Positions 10,288-21,254 of a stretch of 64,000 nucleotides of DNA are shown here, piece by piece; within the stretch, counting starts at the first letter, position 1, and each line of letters begins with the position of its first letter. Location of the stretch: NCBI GenBank assembly GCA_965198225.1, contig CBDAOY010000004.1, positions 192,001-256,000 of the forward strand. Reading direction: 5' to 3'. The translations under genes and the position numbers were made by a program. This stretch comes from Terriglobia bacterium (GTDB lineage: Bacteria > Acidobacteriota > Terriglobia > 20CM-2-55-15). The notes beneath the pieces were generated by a model. It was not told the DNA's origin. It was given only the letters and a program-made list of their open reading frames with translations, and did not search any database.

Positions 10288-12570
10288 ATGAAACCAAAGA
10301 TTTGGTTTGAGAAGTCGATGGCGTCGGTCTTCAACTTCCTGGTCGGGTGCGCGCTGCTGATGGTTGGGAGCGCGAGTCCGCTTCTGTCGCAGACGCCGGG
10401 CACCGTCGTGGCTTTTGGCGACAACGTCTGGGGTCAGCTCGGCAACGGATCCACCCAGGACAGTGCGGTCCCGGTGCAGGTGCTGAAACTGACCGGCGTC
10501 GCGGCCATTGCCGCGGGGGGCGGGCACAGCCTGGCGCTTCTGAGGAACGGAGCGGTATACGCTTGGGGGAAGAACGACAGCGGCCAGCTGGGCAACGGCT
10601 GCACGGTCAACGTCGACTGCAAGGACAGCACAGTCAGGGTGCGGGTCAGGCGCGGAGGCCAGCCTCTGAGGGACGTCATCGCCGTCGCGGCCGGCTTCAG
10701 CCACAGCATGGCTTTGACCTCGCGGGGCAACGTCTGGGCCTGGGGAAACAACTCCTCGGGCCAGCTGGGCGACCTCACGATGATCTCCCGAAGCAACCCG
10801 GAATATGTCCAGAGTTTCATAGGCATCCTGGCGGGTGTCCGGACCATCGCCGCCGGCGGCAGCCACAGCCTGGCGGCACTGGCGAACGGGTCTCTCAGGG
10901 CTTGGGGAAACAATACCTTCGGTCAGCTCGGGGATGGCACGTTTAACTTCAAGACCCTGGCGTTTCCGGCCCAGATCGTCAGCGGTATTACGGGAGTTGC
11001 CGCTGGAAGCTGGCACAGCCTCGCGCGCAAGGTGGATGGAACCGTCTTCGCCTGGGGAAGGAACAACCGGGGGCAGCTGGGCGATGGAGGCTTCGGCGAC
11101 AGCAACATCCCGCTGCAGGTTTCCATGGGGGCTCCCCACAACGTCGTCGGTATCGCCGCGGGGCGAGCCCACAGCATGGCGCTGAAACTGGACGGTGCGG
11201 TCTGGACATGGGGTCGCAACGCGCAGGGCCAGCTGGGACGGTTGACGAGCCTTGTCAACGATCCGGTCCCGGCCCAGCTCGCCCTGACCGATGTCGCAAC
11301 GATTTCAGCCGGCGGTAACCATAGCCTGGCAACGCAGCGCGAAGGTGAAGTGTGGGCCTGGGGCAGCAACGCCGAGGGCCAGCTCGGCCTCCCAAAGCCC
11401 GTGATCTACCCCGAACCCGTCCTGGTCAAGACCCTGAGTGGCGTCACGACGGTGGCGGCAGGATTGGGTCACAGTCTCGTCGCCAAGGTGCCGTGGACGA
11501 TGTGGACGTGGGGAGGAGCCGGCCTGGCACAGGGAAACGGCGCTTATTTGACGCGGGACATGCCGGGCCAGGTGAACGGCCCGACATGGGCCGTCGGTCT
11601 CGCGGCCGGAGGTGCCTTCAGCCTCGCGCTGGCGCCGACCGGCAGGGTGTGGGCCTGGGGCCACAACGGCAAGGGCAAACTGGGAGACGGTGGGAGTTCC
11701 TTCGATGGAGCTCCGTTCAGTCCCGTTCCGGTTCAGGTCCGGCTCGGAAACAAGTTTCTGAGCGGTATCAGGAAGGTTGCGGCGGGAGGCGGGCATGGCA
11801 TGGCCCTGCACTGGAAAGGAAGGGTCTTGACCTGGGGTTGGAACGCCTTCGGCCAGCTGGGCGACGGAACGACCGTCGACAAGAATCTGCCTATCGCGGT
11901 ACCGATCAAGTCCGTGGTGGCCATCGCCGGAGGCGGTGAGCACAGCCTGGCTCAAACGAAGGACGGCAAACTCTGGGCATGGGGCAGTAATTTCGGCGGT
12001 CAACTGGGTACCGGTGGCCCGCCCGCCATCGTCACAACGCCCGAACCAGTCGGCCTCAATGGAGTCGTCAGCTTCGTTGGTGGAGATGGCCACACTCTGG
12101 CGATTCTCTCCGACGGCTCGGTGTGGGCCTGGGGCTCCAACGCTAACGGTCAACTGGGCGATGGGTGCAACATCAACGTCAATTGCGTGAACGGTTTCCT
12201 GCCCGCGCCGGTATTGGGTTTGAAAGACGTCGTCGAAATCGCCGCCGGCGCTACCGGTAGTATGGCGCTCAAGTCCGACGGCACGGTCTGGGCCTGGGGC
12301 TATAACGCCGTCGGCCAGCTGGGCGACGGATGTCAGATCGGCCTTACCTGCGTCGACAGTAGCGTGCCGGTCCAGGTGACAGGCCTGCCGCCCATTGTAT
12401 CCATCGGATCCGGCGCATACGGCCGTCTCGCGGCCGCCGACGATGGCACGCTCTGGGTATGGGGTGATGGCAGCAGCGTGCCTCAGCCCGTTCTGAGAGT
12501 CGATGGACTGAAGATCGCGGTGGGAGGGTTCAATGCGCACAACCTGATCGCGTTCCCCAATCCTTTTTGA
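10288..12570 (+). CDS. Secreted RCC1-repeat (BLIP-II-like) protein, probably two beta-propellers
   Basis: AGGAGG RBS; signal peptide; about 14 IAAGxxHSLAL...VWAWGxNxxGQLG repeats. Confidence 0.9.
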   Translation: MKPKIWFEKSMASVFNFLVGCALLMVGSASPLLSQTPGTVVAFGDNVWGQLGNGSTQDSAVPVQVLKLTGVAAIAAGGGHSLALLRNGAVYAWGKNDSGQLGNGCTVNVDCKDSTVRVRVRRGGQPLRDVIAVAAGFSHSMALTSRGNVWAWGNNSSGQLGDLTMISRSNPEYVQSFIGILAGVRTIAAGGSHSLAALANGSLRAWGNNTFGQLGDGTFNFKTLAFPAQIVSGITGVAAGSWHSLARKVDGTVFAWGRNNRGQLGDGGFGDSNIPLQVSMGAPHNVVGIAAGRAHSMALKLDGAVWTWGRNAQGQLGRLTSLVNDPVPAQLALTDVATISAGGNHSLATQREGEVWAWGSNAEGQLGLPKPVIYPEPVLVKTLSGVTTVAAGLGHSLVAKVPWTMWTWGGAGLAQGNGAYLTRDMPGQVNGPTWAVGLAAGGAFSLALAPTGRVWAWGHNGKGKLGDGGSSFDGAPFSPVPVQVRLGNKFLSGIRKVAAGGGHGMALHWKGRVLTWGWNAFGQLGDGTTVDKNLPIAVPIKSVVAIAGGGEHSLAQTKDGKLWAWGSNFGGQLGTGGPPAIVTTPEPVGLNGVVSFVGGDGHTLAILSDGSVWAWGSNANGQLGDGCNINVNCVNGFLPAPVLGLKDVVEIAAGATGSMALKSDGTVWAWGYNAVGQLGDGCQIGLTCVDSSVPVQVTGLPPIVSIGSGAYGRLAAADDGTLWVWGDGSSVPQPVLRVDGLKIAVGGFNAHNLIAFPNPF

Positions 12571-12659
12571 GGCGGCAACGGAGGTGTCGTCAACGACCAT
12601 CCTTGTCCAAAACAGCTTTCGAGGGGAGGGAGTTTTGGAGAGGCGGATCTCCTGAGGAG

Positions 12660-12729
12660 GTGTAGGTGCGGTCTATGACCGCACATTCTTCGAGCCGAAA
12701 CGATGTGCGCTCATAGGGCGCACCTACAC
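12660..12729. repeat. REP doublet copy 2
   Basis: Same two arms with spacer ATTCTTCGAGCCGAAACGAT. Confidence 0.9.
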
Positions 12730-12917
12730 CCGATCCTGAAGTCTCGCCCTCTCACACCCGAGACCTCTTCACCGGCTCGACGGCGGGCCCAGGGAAGGCT
12801 CGACGAGGGGAGCATTGGAGGTTCATGTCCTACTCGAGGAGCTTTCCAACGGCAGACACACTCCTGATGAACCTCTCCGATTCTCCCGTGACGGTGTTTG
12901 GGGACTAACCAGTAGGA

Positions 12918-13004
12918 GTGCAGCACACCGAGCCAGAACAAGTCCGTTCGCGGGTCCAGTTCCTTTCCCAAAACCTGCTCGAGTAACATGTAGGCTACAG
13001 TGCC
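12918..13004 (-). pseudogene. Remnant of a Ser/Thr kinase gene (subdomains VIII-IX)
   Basis: Reads [29 protein letters not shown], homologous to [26 protein letters not shown] in the neighbouring kinases. Confidence 0.65.
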
Positions 13005-13287
13005 GAATAGCGTGGCATTTCGTACCCTCCGAGGCAGTAGCGTGGCACTCCGACCTTTCCAGAAATGGGCGGGCTCGCGGGCCGGGTATCGGAGTCTCCC
13101 GGGCCCGGGGATCAGCCGTGAGCCTTGGAGCTATTGTTCTTGGGGATGCTGCCTTGAACGCACATGGTGGTCCCAGTGTCACCCGTCAGACAGCCGGGCC
13201 CGGGCCTTGGTATCTGTAGAGGTTCTGGTAAGATTCACAGCACGTCGCCCGGCCGCAGTCGTATTCGGGAACGATCCATCGAAGATC

Positions 13288-15921
13288 ATGATCGGCCAGA
13301 CCATATCCCACTACAAGGTCCTCGAACATATCGGCGGCGGCGGCATGGGTGTTGTGTACCGTGCCGAGGACACCTCTCTCCAGCGTCAGGTGGCGTTGAA
13401 ATTCTTGCCTTCCGACATCGTAAACGATAGTCAGGCGGTGGAACGGTTCAAGCGGGAAGCTCGTGCGGCGGCGGCTCTGAACCATCCGAACATCTGCGGC
13501 ATTCACGAGATCGATGAACACGAAGGCCACCCGTTCATCGTGATGGAGTTGATGAAGGGGCAAACGCTCAAGGAACGTTTGGTGCGCGGGTCCTTAGGGA
13601 TGGACGAGCTGTTGGAGCTGGGGATTCAGTTGGCCGACGCGCTGGATGCGGCTCATGCCGAAGGGATCGTCCATCGGGACATCAAACCGGCGAATCTTTT
13701 CATCACCGAACGAGGGCGGGCCAAGATTCTGGACTTTGGGCTGGCGAAGCTGATGCAGCCGGGGAACAAAGCGGTCAAACTGAGTCCGACCCCGTCAGCC
13801 GATCTCACGAACGCAGGTGCGGCGCTCGGAACGATAGCTTACATGTCGCCGGAACAGGCTCTGGGTAAGGAAGTGGACCGGCGAACCGACCTGCTTTCGC
13901 TGGGTGCGGTTCTCTACGAAGCGGCGACCGGCAAGCCGGCATTCGCCGGGCCCACATCGGCTGCGATCTTCGACGAAATCCTGCACAAGGAACCGCTCCG
14001 CACGGTGGAACTCAACCCGAAGATTCCCGTCGAGTTGAGGTTGGTCATCAGCAAGCTCCTGGAAAAGAAGCCCGATTTGCGCTACCAGAGTGCTGCCGAG
14101 TTGAGAACGGACCTGAAGAGAGCACAGCGTCATTCGGAGTCCAGCCATGTTGCTCTGCCAGCAGCCGCAAACCGAGCTGAGGACCGAGGTCGGGGAGTCC
14201 TTCTGGCAGGAATCGGAATCCTGGCGTTGGCCGCGGTGTACGCCCTTGTTTTCGGACGGCCGGATGAGCCGCGATTCTCCGACCTCGAAACCACCATGAC
14301 TCGACTGACGTCTCAAGCGGGCCAGGAGTTGTATCCGAGTCTTTCACCCGACGGCCGGTCGATCGTGTACTCAAAGGGGACAGCTCCGGGCAACTCCGAC
14401 ATCTATCTTCTAAGAGTCGGTGGCCAAAGCGTGACTAATCTGACGGCGGATTCGGTGGACTCGGACATCCAGGCGAGATTCTCCCCCGACGGCGACTCGA
14501 TCGCGTTTCAGTCCAGCCGCGACGGTGGAGGAATATTCGTGATGGGTGCGACAGGCGAGTCGGTGAGGCGACTGACGCGATTCGGCTTCAATCCCGCCTG
14601 GTCCCCGGATGGTCGAGAAATCGTCTTTGCGACGGAGTCGGTCGAAACCGATCCCAGAGACAGACTGGGCGAAAGCGGACTGTGGATTGTGGGGCTGGAC
14701 GTCGGAAAAACGAGACTGGCTTTTGAAGGCGACGCCGTGCACCCAGACTGGTCTCCCAACGGCTTCCGTATCGCCTACTGGGCCATCGCCGGCGGGCAGC
14801 GAGACATCTGGACGATCACCTCCGCCGGTGAGGAGGCCGTTCAAGTGACTCGAGACGCTGCGGTGGACTGGAATCCGGTCTGGTCGCCGGACGGGAAGTT
14901 TCTCTACTTCTCGAGCGACCGCAGCGGAAGCATGAATCTCTGGCGGGTTCGGATGGACGAGGAAACCGGCCGGACTCTGGCCGAGCCGGAACCAGTCACG
15001 TCGGGCGCATCGGGCGAAGAAATGTATCTGACCCTGTCTTCAGACGGCAGGAGACTTGCCTACGGGGTGCAGGACCGCAGGGCAAACATCATGATGGTGG
15101 ATTTCGATCCTTCCGCCGGCACTGTTGTGGGTGACCCCATCGCCGTTACCGAAGGGTCGCTTCCGGTCGGTTCGGTCGAGCCGTCGCCTGACGGGACATC
15201 GCTGGTTTTCTACCGGGTCGGGGTGCAGGAAGACATCTTCGTCAGCAATGCCGATGGGACCGGCGTCCGACGGCTGACGAACGATAGCTACTTCGATCGC
15301 TATCCGCGATGGTCTCCCGACGGAGCCAGGATCAGCTTCTATTCGAATCGTGGCAGCGGGTATCAACTCTGGACCATCAACCCAGACGGAAGCAGCCTCC
15401 GTCAGCTCACCAACGACCCGGGAGATCTCGCGCATTCGGCGTGGTCTCCGGACGGGTCGCTCGTGGCGTACACGGACTTCGTCACGGGGTCTTTCATCAT
15501 GGAGGTGGAGGACCAGTCGGTGCAAACACTGCCGGCGCTAACGGACGGGAGCGAATTTTTCGTCGCGTTCTCCTGGTCGCCTGACGGCAACTGGCTGGCC
15601 GGCGCCGGTTTCGACGCGAGACGCATCCCGGAGGAAACGGGGGTGTACGTGTATTCGCTGGAATCGGGGCAGTATGAGAGGTTGACGACTGGGGGCGTGC
15701 ATCCTCGCTGGATCGACGACAGCCGCGCGCTCGTGTACGCGGACCGTGGCACAATCTACATTGTGGACCGACTCACGAAAGAAGTACGGGAGGTGCTGTC
15801 ACTCGACGGCGGCGACCTCCTACTGCCAGCGCCCTCCACCGACAAGCGCGCCCTGTACTATGTCTTCGAACCGCCCACAGAGTCCGACATCTGGATGATC
15901 GAGTTGTCCGAAGCGCCTTGA
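13288..15921 (+). CDS. Hanks-type Ser/Thr protein kinase with TM and TolB-like (PD40) propeller
   Basis: MIGQTISHY start; [21 protein letters not shown] and DFGLAK; TM; repeated PxWSPDG. Confidence 0.92.
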   Translation: MIGQTISHYKVLEHIGGGGMGVVYRAEDTSLQRQVALKFLPSDIVNDSQAVERFKREARAAAALNHPNICGIHEIDEHEGHPFIVMELMKGQTLKERLVRGSLGMDELLELGIQLADALDAAHAEGIVHRDIKPANLFITERGRAKILDFGLAKLMQPGNKAVKLSPTPSADLTNAGAALGTIAYMSPEQALGKEVDRRTDLLSLGAVLYEAATGKPAFAGPTSAAIFDEILHKEPLRTVELNPKIPVELRLVISKLLEKKPDLRYQSAAELRTDLKRAQRHSESSHVALPAAANRAEDRGRGVLLAGIGILALAAVYALVFGRPDEPRFSDLETTMTRLTSQAGQELYPSLSPDGRSIVYSKGTAPGNSDIYLLRVGGQSVTNLTADSVDSDIQARFSPDGDSIAFQSSRDGGGIFVMGATGESVRRLTRFGFNPAWSPDGREIVFATESVETDPRDRLGESGLWIVGLDVGKTRLAFEGDAVHPDWSPNGFRIAYWAIAGGQRDIWTITSAGEEAVQVTRDAAVDWNPVWSPDGKFLYFSSDRSGSMNLWRVRMDEETGRTLAEPEPVTSGASGEEMYLTLSSDGRRLAYGVQDRRANIMMVDFDPSAGTVVGDPIAVTEGSLPVGSVEPSPDGTSLVFYRVGVQEDIFVSNADGTGVRRLTNDSYFDRYPRWSPDGARISFYSNRGSGYQLWTINPDGSSLRQLTNDPGDLAHSAWSPDGSLVAYTDFVTGSFIMEVEDQSVQTLPALTDGSEFFVAFSWSPDGNWLAGAGFDARRIPEETGVYVYSLESGQYERLTTGGVHPRWIDDSRALVYADRGTIYIVDRLTKEVREVLSLDGGDLLLPAPSTDKRALYYVFEPPTESDIWMIELSEAP

Positions 15922-16062
15922 TCAACGGCGCACGGAGAGTTCCACGTTGAGGCGAAGGCGGCTATTCAAGGTATCAGGCCACCGAACCCCCAGACCCACT
16001 TGGTTATTTATGTTGAACTTCTCGTTGCAAGCTTCTTAGCTCGCATGCGTATTCACACCCTT

Positions 16063-18783
16063 TCAATCGGGCAGGGTGATCAGCCAGACGTCGGACTCTG
16101 TCTGGTGAGTGGAGACATAATACAGCGTCCGATCGTCACCAGAGACGACGGGGTTTGACAGGTTTTCCCGGTCTCTGGATAACACTTCCCAAACCTGTCT
16201 TGACACTCGATCCACAGCCCGAAGCCGAAACAAACTCGGCAGCGCCTGGTAAAGAAGGATGCGACTGTCGCTGAGCCAGCGGGGATAGCTGCCCGCGTCC
16301 GTCAATTTTTCGTACCGCTCGGATTCCAACGAATAGACATAGATTCCGTTCTGCCTGTGGTTCCGCAGCGGAGAGTAACCGTGACCGGCCAGCCACTTGC
16401 CGTCGGGAGACCACGACGCAACCGCAAAGAACTCGCCTCCATCCGTCAGCGGCGGCAGTTTCACCGGTGACTGTTCCTCCCATGGCTTGCCGGTCTCCAT
16501 GATGAACGAGGCAGTCCGGAGGTCGGTGTAGGCGACGCGCGATCCGTCCGCGGACCACGTCGGGTAGGACACCTGAAACGATTCGTACGTTAACTGCTCC
16601 AGATTAGCGCCGTCCCGGTCGATTGCCCAAAGCTGATAGTCGCCGCCACGGTTGGAATAAAAGCCAATCCGTCCGCCGTCGGGAGACCAACGAGGAAATC
16701 GGTCGTTATAGATGTCGTTGGTGAGCTGGCGAATGCCCTCTCCGTCGGAGCGGCTGATGTAGAGATCCTCCTGCACCCCGGCCCTCATGTAAACGAGTGA
16801 TTCTCCGTCGGGCGACACGTCGGCGGTTGAAGTAGTCACCGAGCTCCCGGTCACGCCGACCGGTTCACCCACAACCGTTCTTGTCGCTGGATCGAACTCG
16901 ACTCTCATGATGTTGGCGGTGTTGCGAACAACCGCGTAGGCCATTTGCTTCCCGTTCGCGGACAGGCTGAGATGTATGTCGTCGCCCGCGACCGTTGTCG
17001 TCACGGGTTCCGGCCGATCCAGGGTCTCGCCTGTTTTCTCATCGATCGACACGCGCCACAGGCTCATGCTTCCGCCGCGAGAACTCGAAAAGTAAAGGTG
17101 TCTTCCATCTGGTGACCAAACCGGATTCCAGCCGACGGCTTCATCGTCGGTCACGTTGACAGGCGCTCCTCCGTTAGCGGGCATCGTCCAGACGTCCCGA
17201 CGCCCGCCATTAATCGCCCAGAAGGCAATCCGATGGCCATTGGGTGACCAGTGGGGTTGCACCGCATCCCCCCGAAAGATCTGCGTCGTTGTCTCTGTCT
17301 CGAGGTCCACCGTCCAGAGTTCGCTGTTGGCCGCGCTGCGGCTCCTTTGGGTCGTACCGATCGCTTGAGTCGCAAACAGAACCTTCGTCCCGTCGGGCGA
17401 CCAGACGGGATTAAACCCGAAGTCTGTCAGACGCCGCACGTTCTCTCCGGTTGCTTCCATAATGAAGATTCCACCGCCGTCCCGGTCCGAACGAAACGCT
17501 ATCCAATCCCCGTTTGAAGAAAAGTCAGGTTGCAGGTCGTCGGCGTCGGAGTCCGCGGTCAGGTTGGTCGGATTCTCGCCACCTACGCGTTGCAGGTAGA
17601 TGTCCCAGTCGCGGGGCTCTCTGCTCGAATAGACGAAAGTCCGACCATCGGGAGCTAGGTTGGGAAACGATTCCTCGCCGGGCCGGAAGGTCAATTGCTC
17701 AAAGCGGGGGTTGAGCTCCGAGAATCGCGGTTCTTCCGCACGAGCAAAGAAAAGGGCATAGCTTACCCCAGCCAACGCCACCATTCCGATTGTTGTCGCG
17801 ACCATGCCGCGAAGTCGTTTTCCCTGTCCCTCCTCTATTGCTTCCACCGCAACATGGCTCGATAACAATTTGTGCTTCACTCGCTCCAGGTCGGTTCTCA
17901 GCTCAACCGCGCTCTGGTAGCGTAGCTGCGGATCCTTTTCCAGGAGCTTGGTCATGACGAAGCCCAGCTCAGCCGAAACCTTCGCGTTAAGCTCCTCGGG
18001 TGGGGTCGGTTCTTTGTGCAGGATTTCGTCGATGATCGCGACTGGTGAATTGCCGGAGAAGGCCAGGCTGCCGGTGACGGCTTCATAGAGGACTGTTCCC
18101 AGTGAGAACAGGTCGGTTCGCGAATCCACTCCCTTACCTAAAGCCTGCTCGGGCGACATGTAGTCGGCGGTCCCGACGATCGCTCCGGTCGCTGTAAGGG
18201 CTGCGTCGACCGTGGTTCCGGAAATGTGGTCCCGGGTCACCATCGTGGACGGCTCCAACTTGGCGAGACCGAAGTCCAGCAGCTTCGCCTGCCCCCGCTC
18301 CGTCACGAATATATTCCCGGGCTTGATGTCCCGGTGGATAATCCCCTCCGCATGGGCCGCAGCCAGTGCGCTGGCCAACTGGATTCCCAACTCTAAGGCT
18401 TCATCCGTATCCATCGCCCCCGGCAGATACCCTTCCGCCCGCGCCCCATCCTGTGCACCGATGTGCGTCCCGGGCGGATCCGTTTCCTCGAGCCGTTCCG
18501 CGAGTGTCTGGCCTTCCATCAATTCCATCACGATGAAAGGCTTGCCCTCGTGTTCACCGATTTCGTGGATGGCGCAGATGTTGGGATGGTTCAGGGCCGC
18601 AGTCGCACGGGCTTCCCGCTTGAATCGCTCCACGGCATGCGTGTCGTCGGCAATCTCACGCGGAAGGAATTTCAATGCGACCTGACGCCCGAGGGAAGTG
18701 TCTTCCGCCTTGTAGACGACACCCATGCCTCCCTGGCCGATCCGTTCGAGGATGAAGTAGTGAGATATGGTCTTCCCGATCAT
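16063..18783 (-). CDS. Hanks-type Ser/Thr protein kinase with TM and TolB-like propeller, paralog of 13288-15921
   Basis: GQGGMGVVY, HRDIKPGN, DFGLAK and WSPDG repeats; colinear with its convergent neighbour. Confidence 0.92.
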   Translation of the reverse strand: MIGKTISHYFILERIGQGGMGVVYKAEDTSLGRQVALKFLPREIADDTHAVERFKREARATAALNHPNICAIHEIGEHEGKPFIVMELMEGQTLAERLEETDPPGTHIGAQDGARAEGYLPGAMDTDEALELGIQLASALAAAHAEGIIHRDIKPGNIFVTERGQAKLLDFGLAKLEPSTMVTRDHISGTTVDAALTATGAIVGTADYMSPEQALGKGVDSRTDLFSLGTVLYEAVTGSLAFSGNSPVAIIDEILHKEPTPPEELNAKVSAELGFVMTKLLEKDPQLRYQSAVELRTDLERVKHKLLSSHVAVEAIEEGQGKRLRGMVATTIGMVALAGVSYALFFARAEEPRFSELNPRFEQLTFRPGEESFPNLAPDGRTFVYSSREPRDWDIYLQRVGGENPTNLTADSDADDLQPDFSSNGDWIAFRSDRDGGGIFIMEATGENVRRLTDFGFNPVWSPDGTKVLFATQAIGTTQRSRSAANSELWTVDLETETTTQIFRGDAVQPHWSPNGHRIAFWAINGGRRDVWTMPANGGAPVNVTDDEAVGWNPVWSPDGRHLYFSSSRGGSMSLWRVSIDEKTGETLDRPEPVTTTVAGDDIHLSLSANGKQMAYAVVRNTANIMRVEFDPATRTVVGEPVGVTGSSVTTSTADVSPDGESLVYMRAGVQEDLYISRSDGEGIRQLTNDIYNDRFPRWSPDGGRIGFYSNRGGDYQLWAIDRDGANLEQLTYESFQVSYPTWSADGSRVAYTDLRTASFIMETGKPWEEQSPVKLPPLTDGGEFFAVASWSPDGKWLAGHGYSPLRNHRQNGIYVYSLESERYEKLTDAGSYPRWLSDSRILLYQALPSLFRLRAVDRVSRQVWEVLSRDRENLSNPVVSGDDRTLYYVSTHQTESDVWLITLPD

Positions 18784-19371
18784 GCGGTTTGTCTTGGGCT
18801 CCTTAGGCAGCGGGTGCCCGTTTCACTCTAGGATGGCTTCGGTGAGGGCGCGGATCCCCTGTAGCCGCGCGACAACTTCCCGATAGAGGACGATATCCAG
18901 GACGTTTCCTTCTACGAGGCGGATCAGACTTGGCCGGACTTGGACAACGCTGTAGTTCAGGAGCCCCAGTTCCTCATCGATCGTCAATTCAGACAGGGCG
19001 TAAGTCGTTCCGAGAGAATCAGGCTGCTCAACCAGCAGGAAAATCAGAATGTGATCGAGCGATTCCAGTAGAATCTTCGATTCTTCCCGGACACCCTTCA
19101 GCGCCCACGGCTCCGACAGGGGCGCGAACCGATAGTGTGAAATCTCTGCGGCCAGCTTCAGGAATGCGTTCACATTCTTCCCGAGCTTATTCAGGTCCCG
19201 CCTGAACCCTGCCTCGAGTTCTTCTTTCGTGGGTAGCCGGGTCGATGTCAGCCATTCCCGGGGATCTTTCCAGATTCCGAGTGCCTTTTCCGCCGCTTCG
19301 AGTCGGAGTTCGCCCTCACGGAACCATTCAGGGCGTTCGTTCTCCGGGAGCTCCGGGTCCTGCGCATAGGT

Positions 19372-20994
19372 GGTTATGTTTCAGAGTTTCTGCAAAAAGG
19401 TCCTGAAATAGGAAAGGGCCAGGGTATCTCCGAAAAGTTGGTAACGAATCAACTTTGAAACGAAGGAGATGAACCGATGGCCCGACCTCAGATTAAGCGA
19501 AAGGGAGTGGATTGGAAAGAACTGTTAGGAGAGGAAAAGGATTTGCTGAAAAGCGTCGTACAGGAGGTGGTTCAAGAGATTCTCGAGGCGGAGATGGACC
19601 AGGTCGTGGGCGCGGTCAAGAGTGAACGAACAGGGGGTCGCACCGGATATCGGAGTGGCTATTACGGACGGGACCTGGTCACACGGGTGGGCAAGCTGGA
19701 GTTGCGCGTGCCGCAGGACCGGGCCGGCCGGTTCAGTACGGAGGTGTTTGAACGCTACCAACGCAGCGAGAAAGCCTTGGTGGCCAGCTTGGCCGAGATG
19801 TACGTGCAGGGCGTGTCAACGCGCAAGGTGAAAGCCATCACCGAAGAACTATGCGGACATTCGTTTTCGGCCAGCACGATCAGCCGGATTAATCAGACTC
19901 TGGACAAGGAGCTGAAAAAGTTTGCAACGCGACGATTGGAGGAAGAATACCCGTACCTAATTTTGGATGCGCGCTACGAGAAGGTGCGCGAAGACGGGGT
20001 CATCCGGAGCCGGGCGGTGCTGGTCGCGATCGGAATCAACTGGGACGGCCGGCGCGGTGTGTTGGCGGTGGAGCTGGCGGGACGGGAAAGCACGACCAGT
20101 TGGCGGCAACTGCTGCTGAGTTTAAAACAACGCGGCCTGTGCGGGGTGGAGTTCGTGGTGACCGACGATCATCCGGGGTTGAAGAAAGCCATCGCGGAAG
20201 TCCTGACCGAAGCGATCTGGCAGCGCTGCTACGTGCACTTTCTCCGAAACGCATTGGATTATCTGCCGCGCAAAGGCGATGACGATTGCCTCCAGGAACT
20301 GCGTTGGCTCTACGATCGGCGGAACCTCCAGGAAGCGCGGCAGGACCTCGCGGCGTGGTTGAGCAAGTGGGGGCAGAAATATCCCAAACTCTGCGACTGG
20401 GTCGAAGACAACATCGACGAGACGCTGAGCTTCTACACGCTGCCGCTTCAGCATCACAAGCACATGAAATCCACCAATATGCTGGAACGGCTCAACGAAG
20501 AGATCAAGCGGCGAACGCGTGTGGTGCGGATATTCCCCAACGCGGCCAGCTGTCTGCGTTTGATTCGGGCACTGACCACCGAGATGCACGAGAACTGGAT
20601 CGAAGCGATCCGTTATTTGAACATGGATCTGTTGAAGGAACACAAGAAGGACTGGCACCGTCAGACGCCTGCCGCGTGAACGCGTCAAAACGGACCGACC
20701 CAAGGATCGGCTCGGAAGCCGATCGTCGATTACAGCGCATCCTGGAGCGAGGAATCTCTGTGGAAAACTTTCAAAGGGCGAAAGAAAGAGAACCAAAAAA
20801 GAAAGAAAGGCAGAGGCCTGATGGAAATGACGCCTCAGAGGAAATCCGCAACAAGACGCGGATTCCCTCTGAGGCTTGGAAAAGCTTCGCCAAGAACGTT
20901 CAGCTTTCCCACATTCCCACAGGCCCGACGGCGATCAACACTCAAGAACTGACTTTTTCGGAAATACTTTTTGCAGAACTTGACGCACACAACT
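19372..20994 (+). mobile_element. Complete IS256-family insertion sequence (1623 bp)
   Basis: 8-bp TSD GCATAGGT at 19364-19371 and 20995-21002. Imperfect TIRs: left GGTTATGTTTCAGAGTTTCTGCAAAAAG, right (revcomp) AGTTGTGTGCGTCAAGTTCTGCAAAAAG. Confidence 0.93.
19477..20679 (+). CDS. IS256-family (Mutator-type DDE) transposase
   Basis: AAGGAG RBS; LRVPQDR, MYVQGVSTRKV, LILDARYEKVR, WQRCYVHFLRN and STNMLERLNEEIKRR. Confidence 0.95.
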   Translation: MARPQIKRKGVDWKELLGEEKDLLKSVVQEVVQEILEAEMDQVVGAVKSERTGGRTGYRSGYYGRDLVTRVGKLELRVPQDRAGRFSTEVFERYQRSEKALVASLAEMYVQGVSTRKVKAITEELCGHSFSASTISRINQTLDKELKKFATRRLEEEYPYLILDARYEKVREDGVIRSRAVLVAIGINWDGRRGVLAVELAGRESTTSWRQLLLSLKQRGLCGVEFVVTDDHPGLKKAIAEVLTEAIWQRCYVHFLRNALDYLPRKGDDDCLQELRWLYDRRNLQEARQDLAAWLSKWGQKYPKLCDWVEDNIDETLSFYTLPLQHHKHMKSTNMLERLNEEIKRRTRVVRIFPNAASCLRLIRALTTEMHENWIEAIRYLNMDLLKEHKKDWHRQTPAA

Positions 20995-21205
20995 GCATAG
21001 GTGACCGGCGCCAGGGAAGACAGGGCGATTACCGTGAAGCAGAACCAGACGATTCCGTGCATGAGGCAACCTCTTGAGAAAGGTTTGTTCAGTATAGCTG
21101 TACTGTGTGGGAGAGTGGATGGGGATTTTGACCCTCTAAGGGGTCTGGATTTGCGGGCGAGGGGTGGTCAGAGCCAAGCAGGATCGGAGTCGGTAAAAGT
21201 GGTGC

Positions 21206-21233
21206 TGCCGATAGCACTGTTACAGGCCACTAG
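21206..21233. mobile_element. Solo end of the IS630-like MITE family
   Basis: TGCCGATAGCACTGTTACAGGCCACTAG matches the ends of the elements at 54681 and 59854; no partner end seen. Confidence 0.7.
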
Positions 21234-21254
21234 TACTCGTCGATTTGCGACCCT

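Larger units (their letters stand above)
18823..21062 (-). pseudogene. Secreted hypothetical protein (202 aa reconstructed) interrupted by IS256
   Basis: MHGIVWFCFTVIALSSLAPV (21062-21003) joins in frame to TYAQDPELPENERPEWF...EAILE (19371-18826) when the IS and one TSD copy are removed. Confidence 0.85.

Noticed and set aside
13000-13287. N-terminal extension of the kinase ORF
   Set aside because: The paralog starts at MIGxTISHY; the extension has no domain features.
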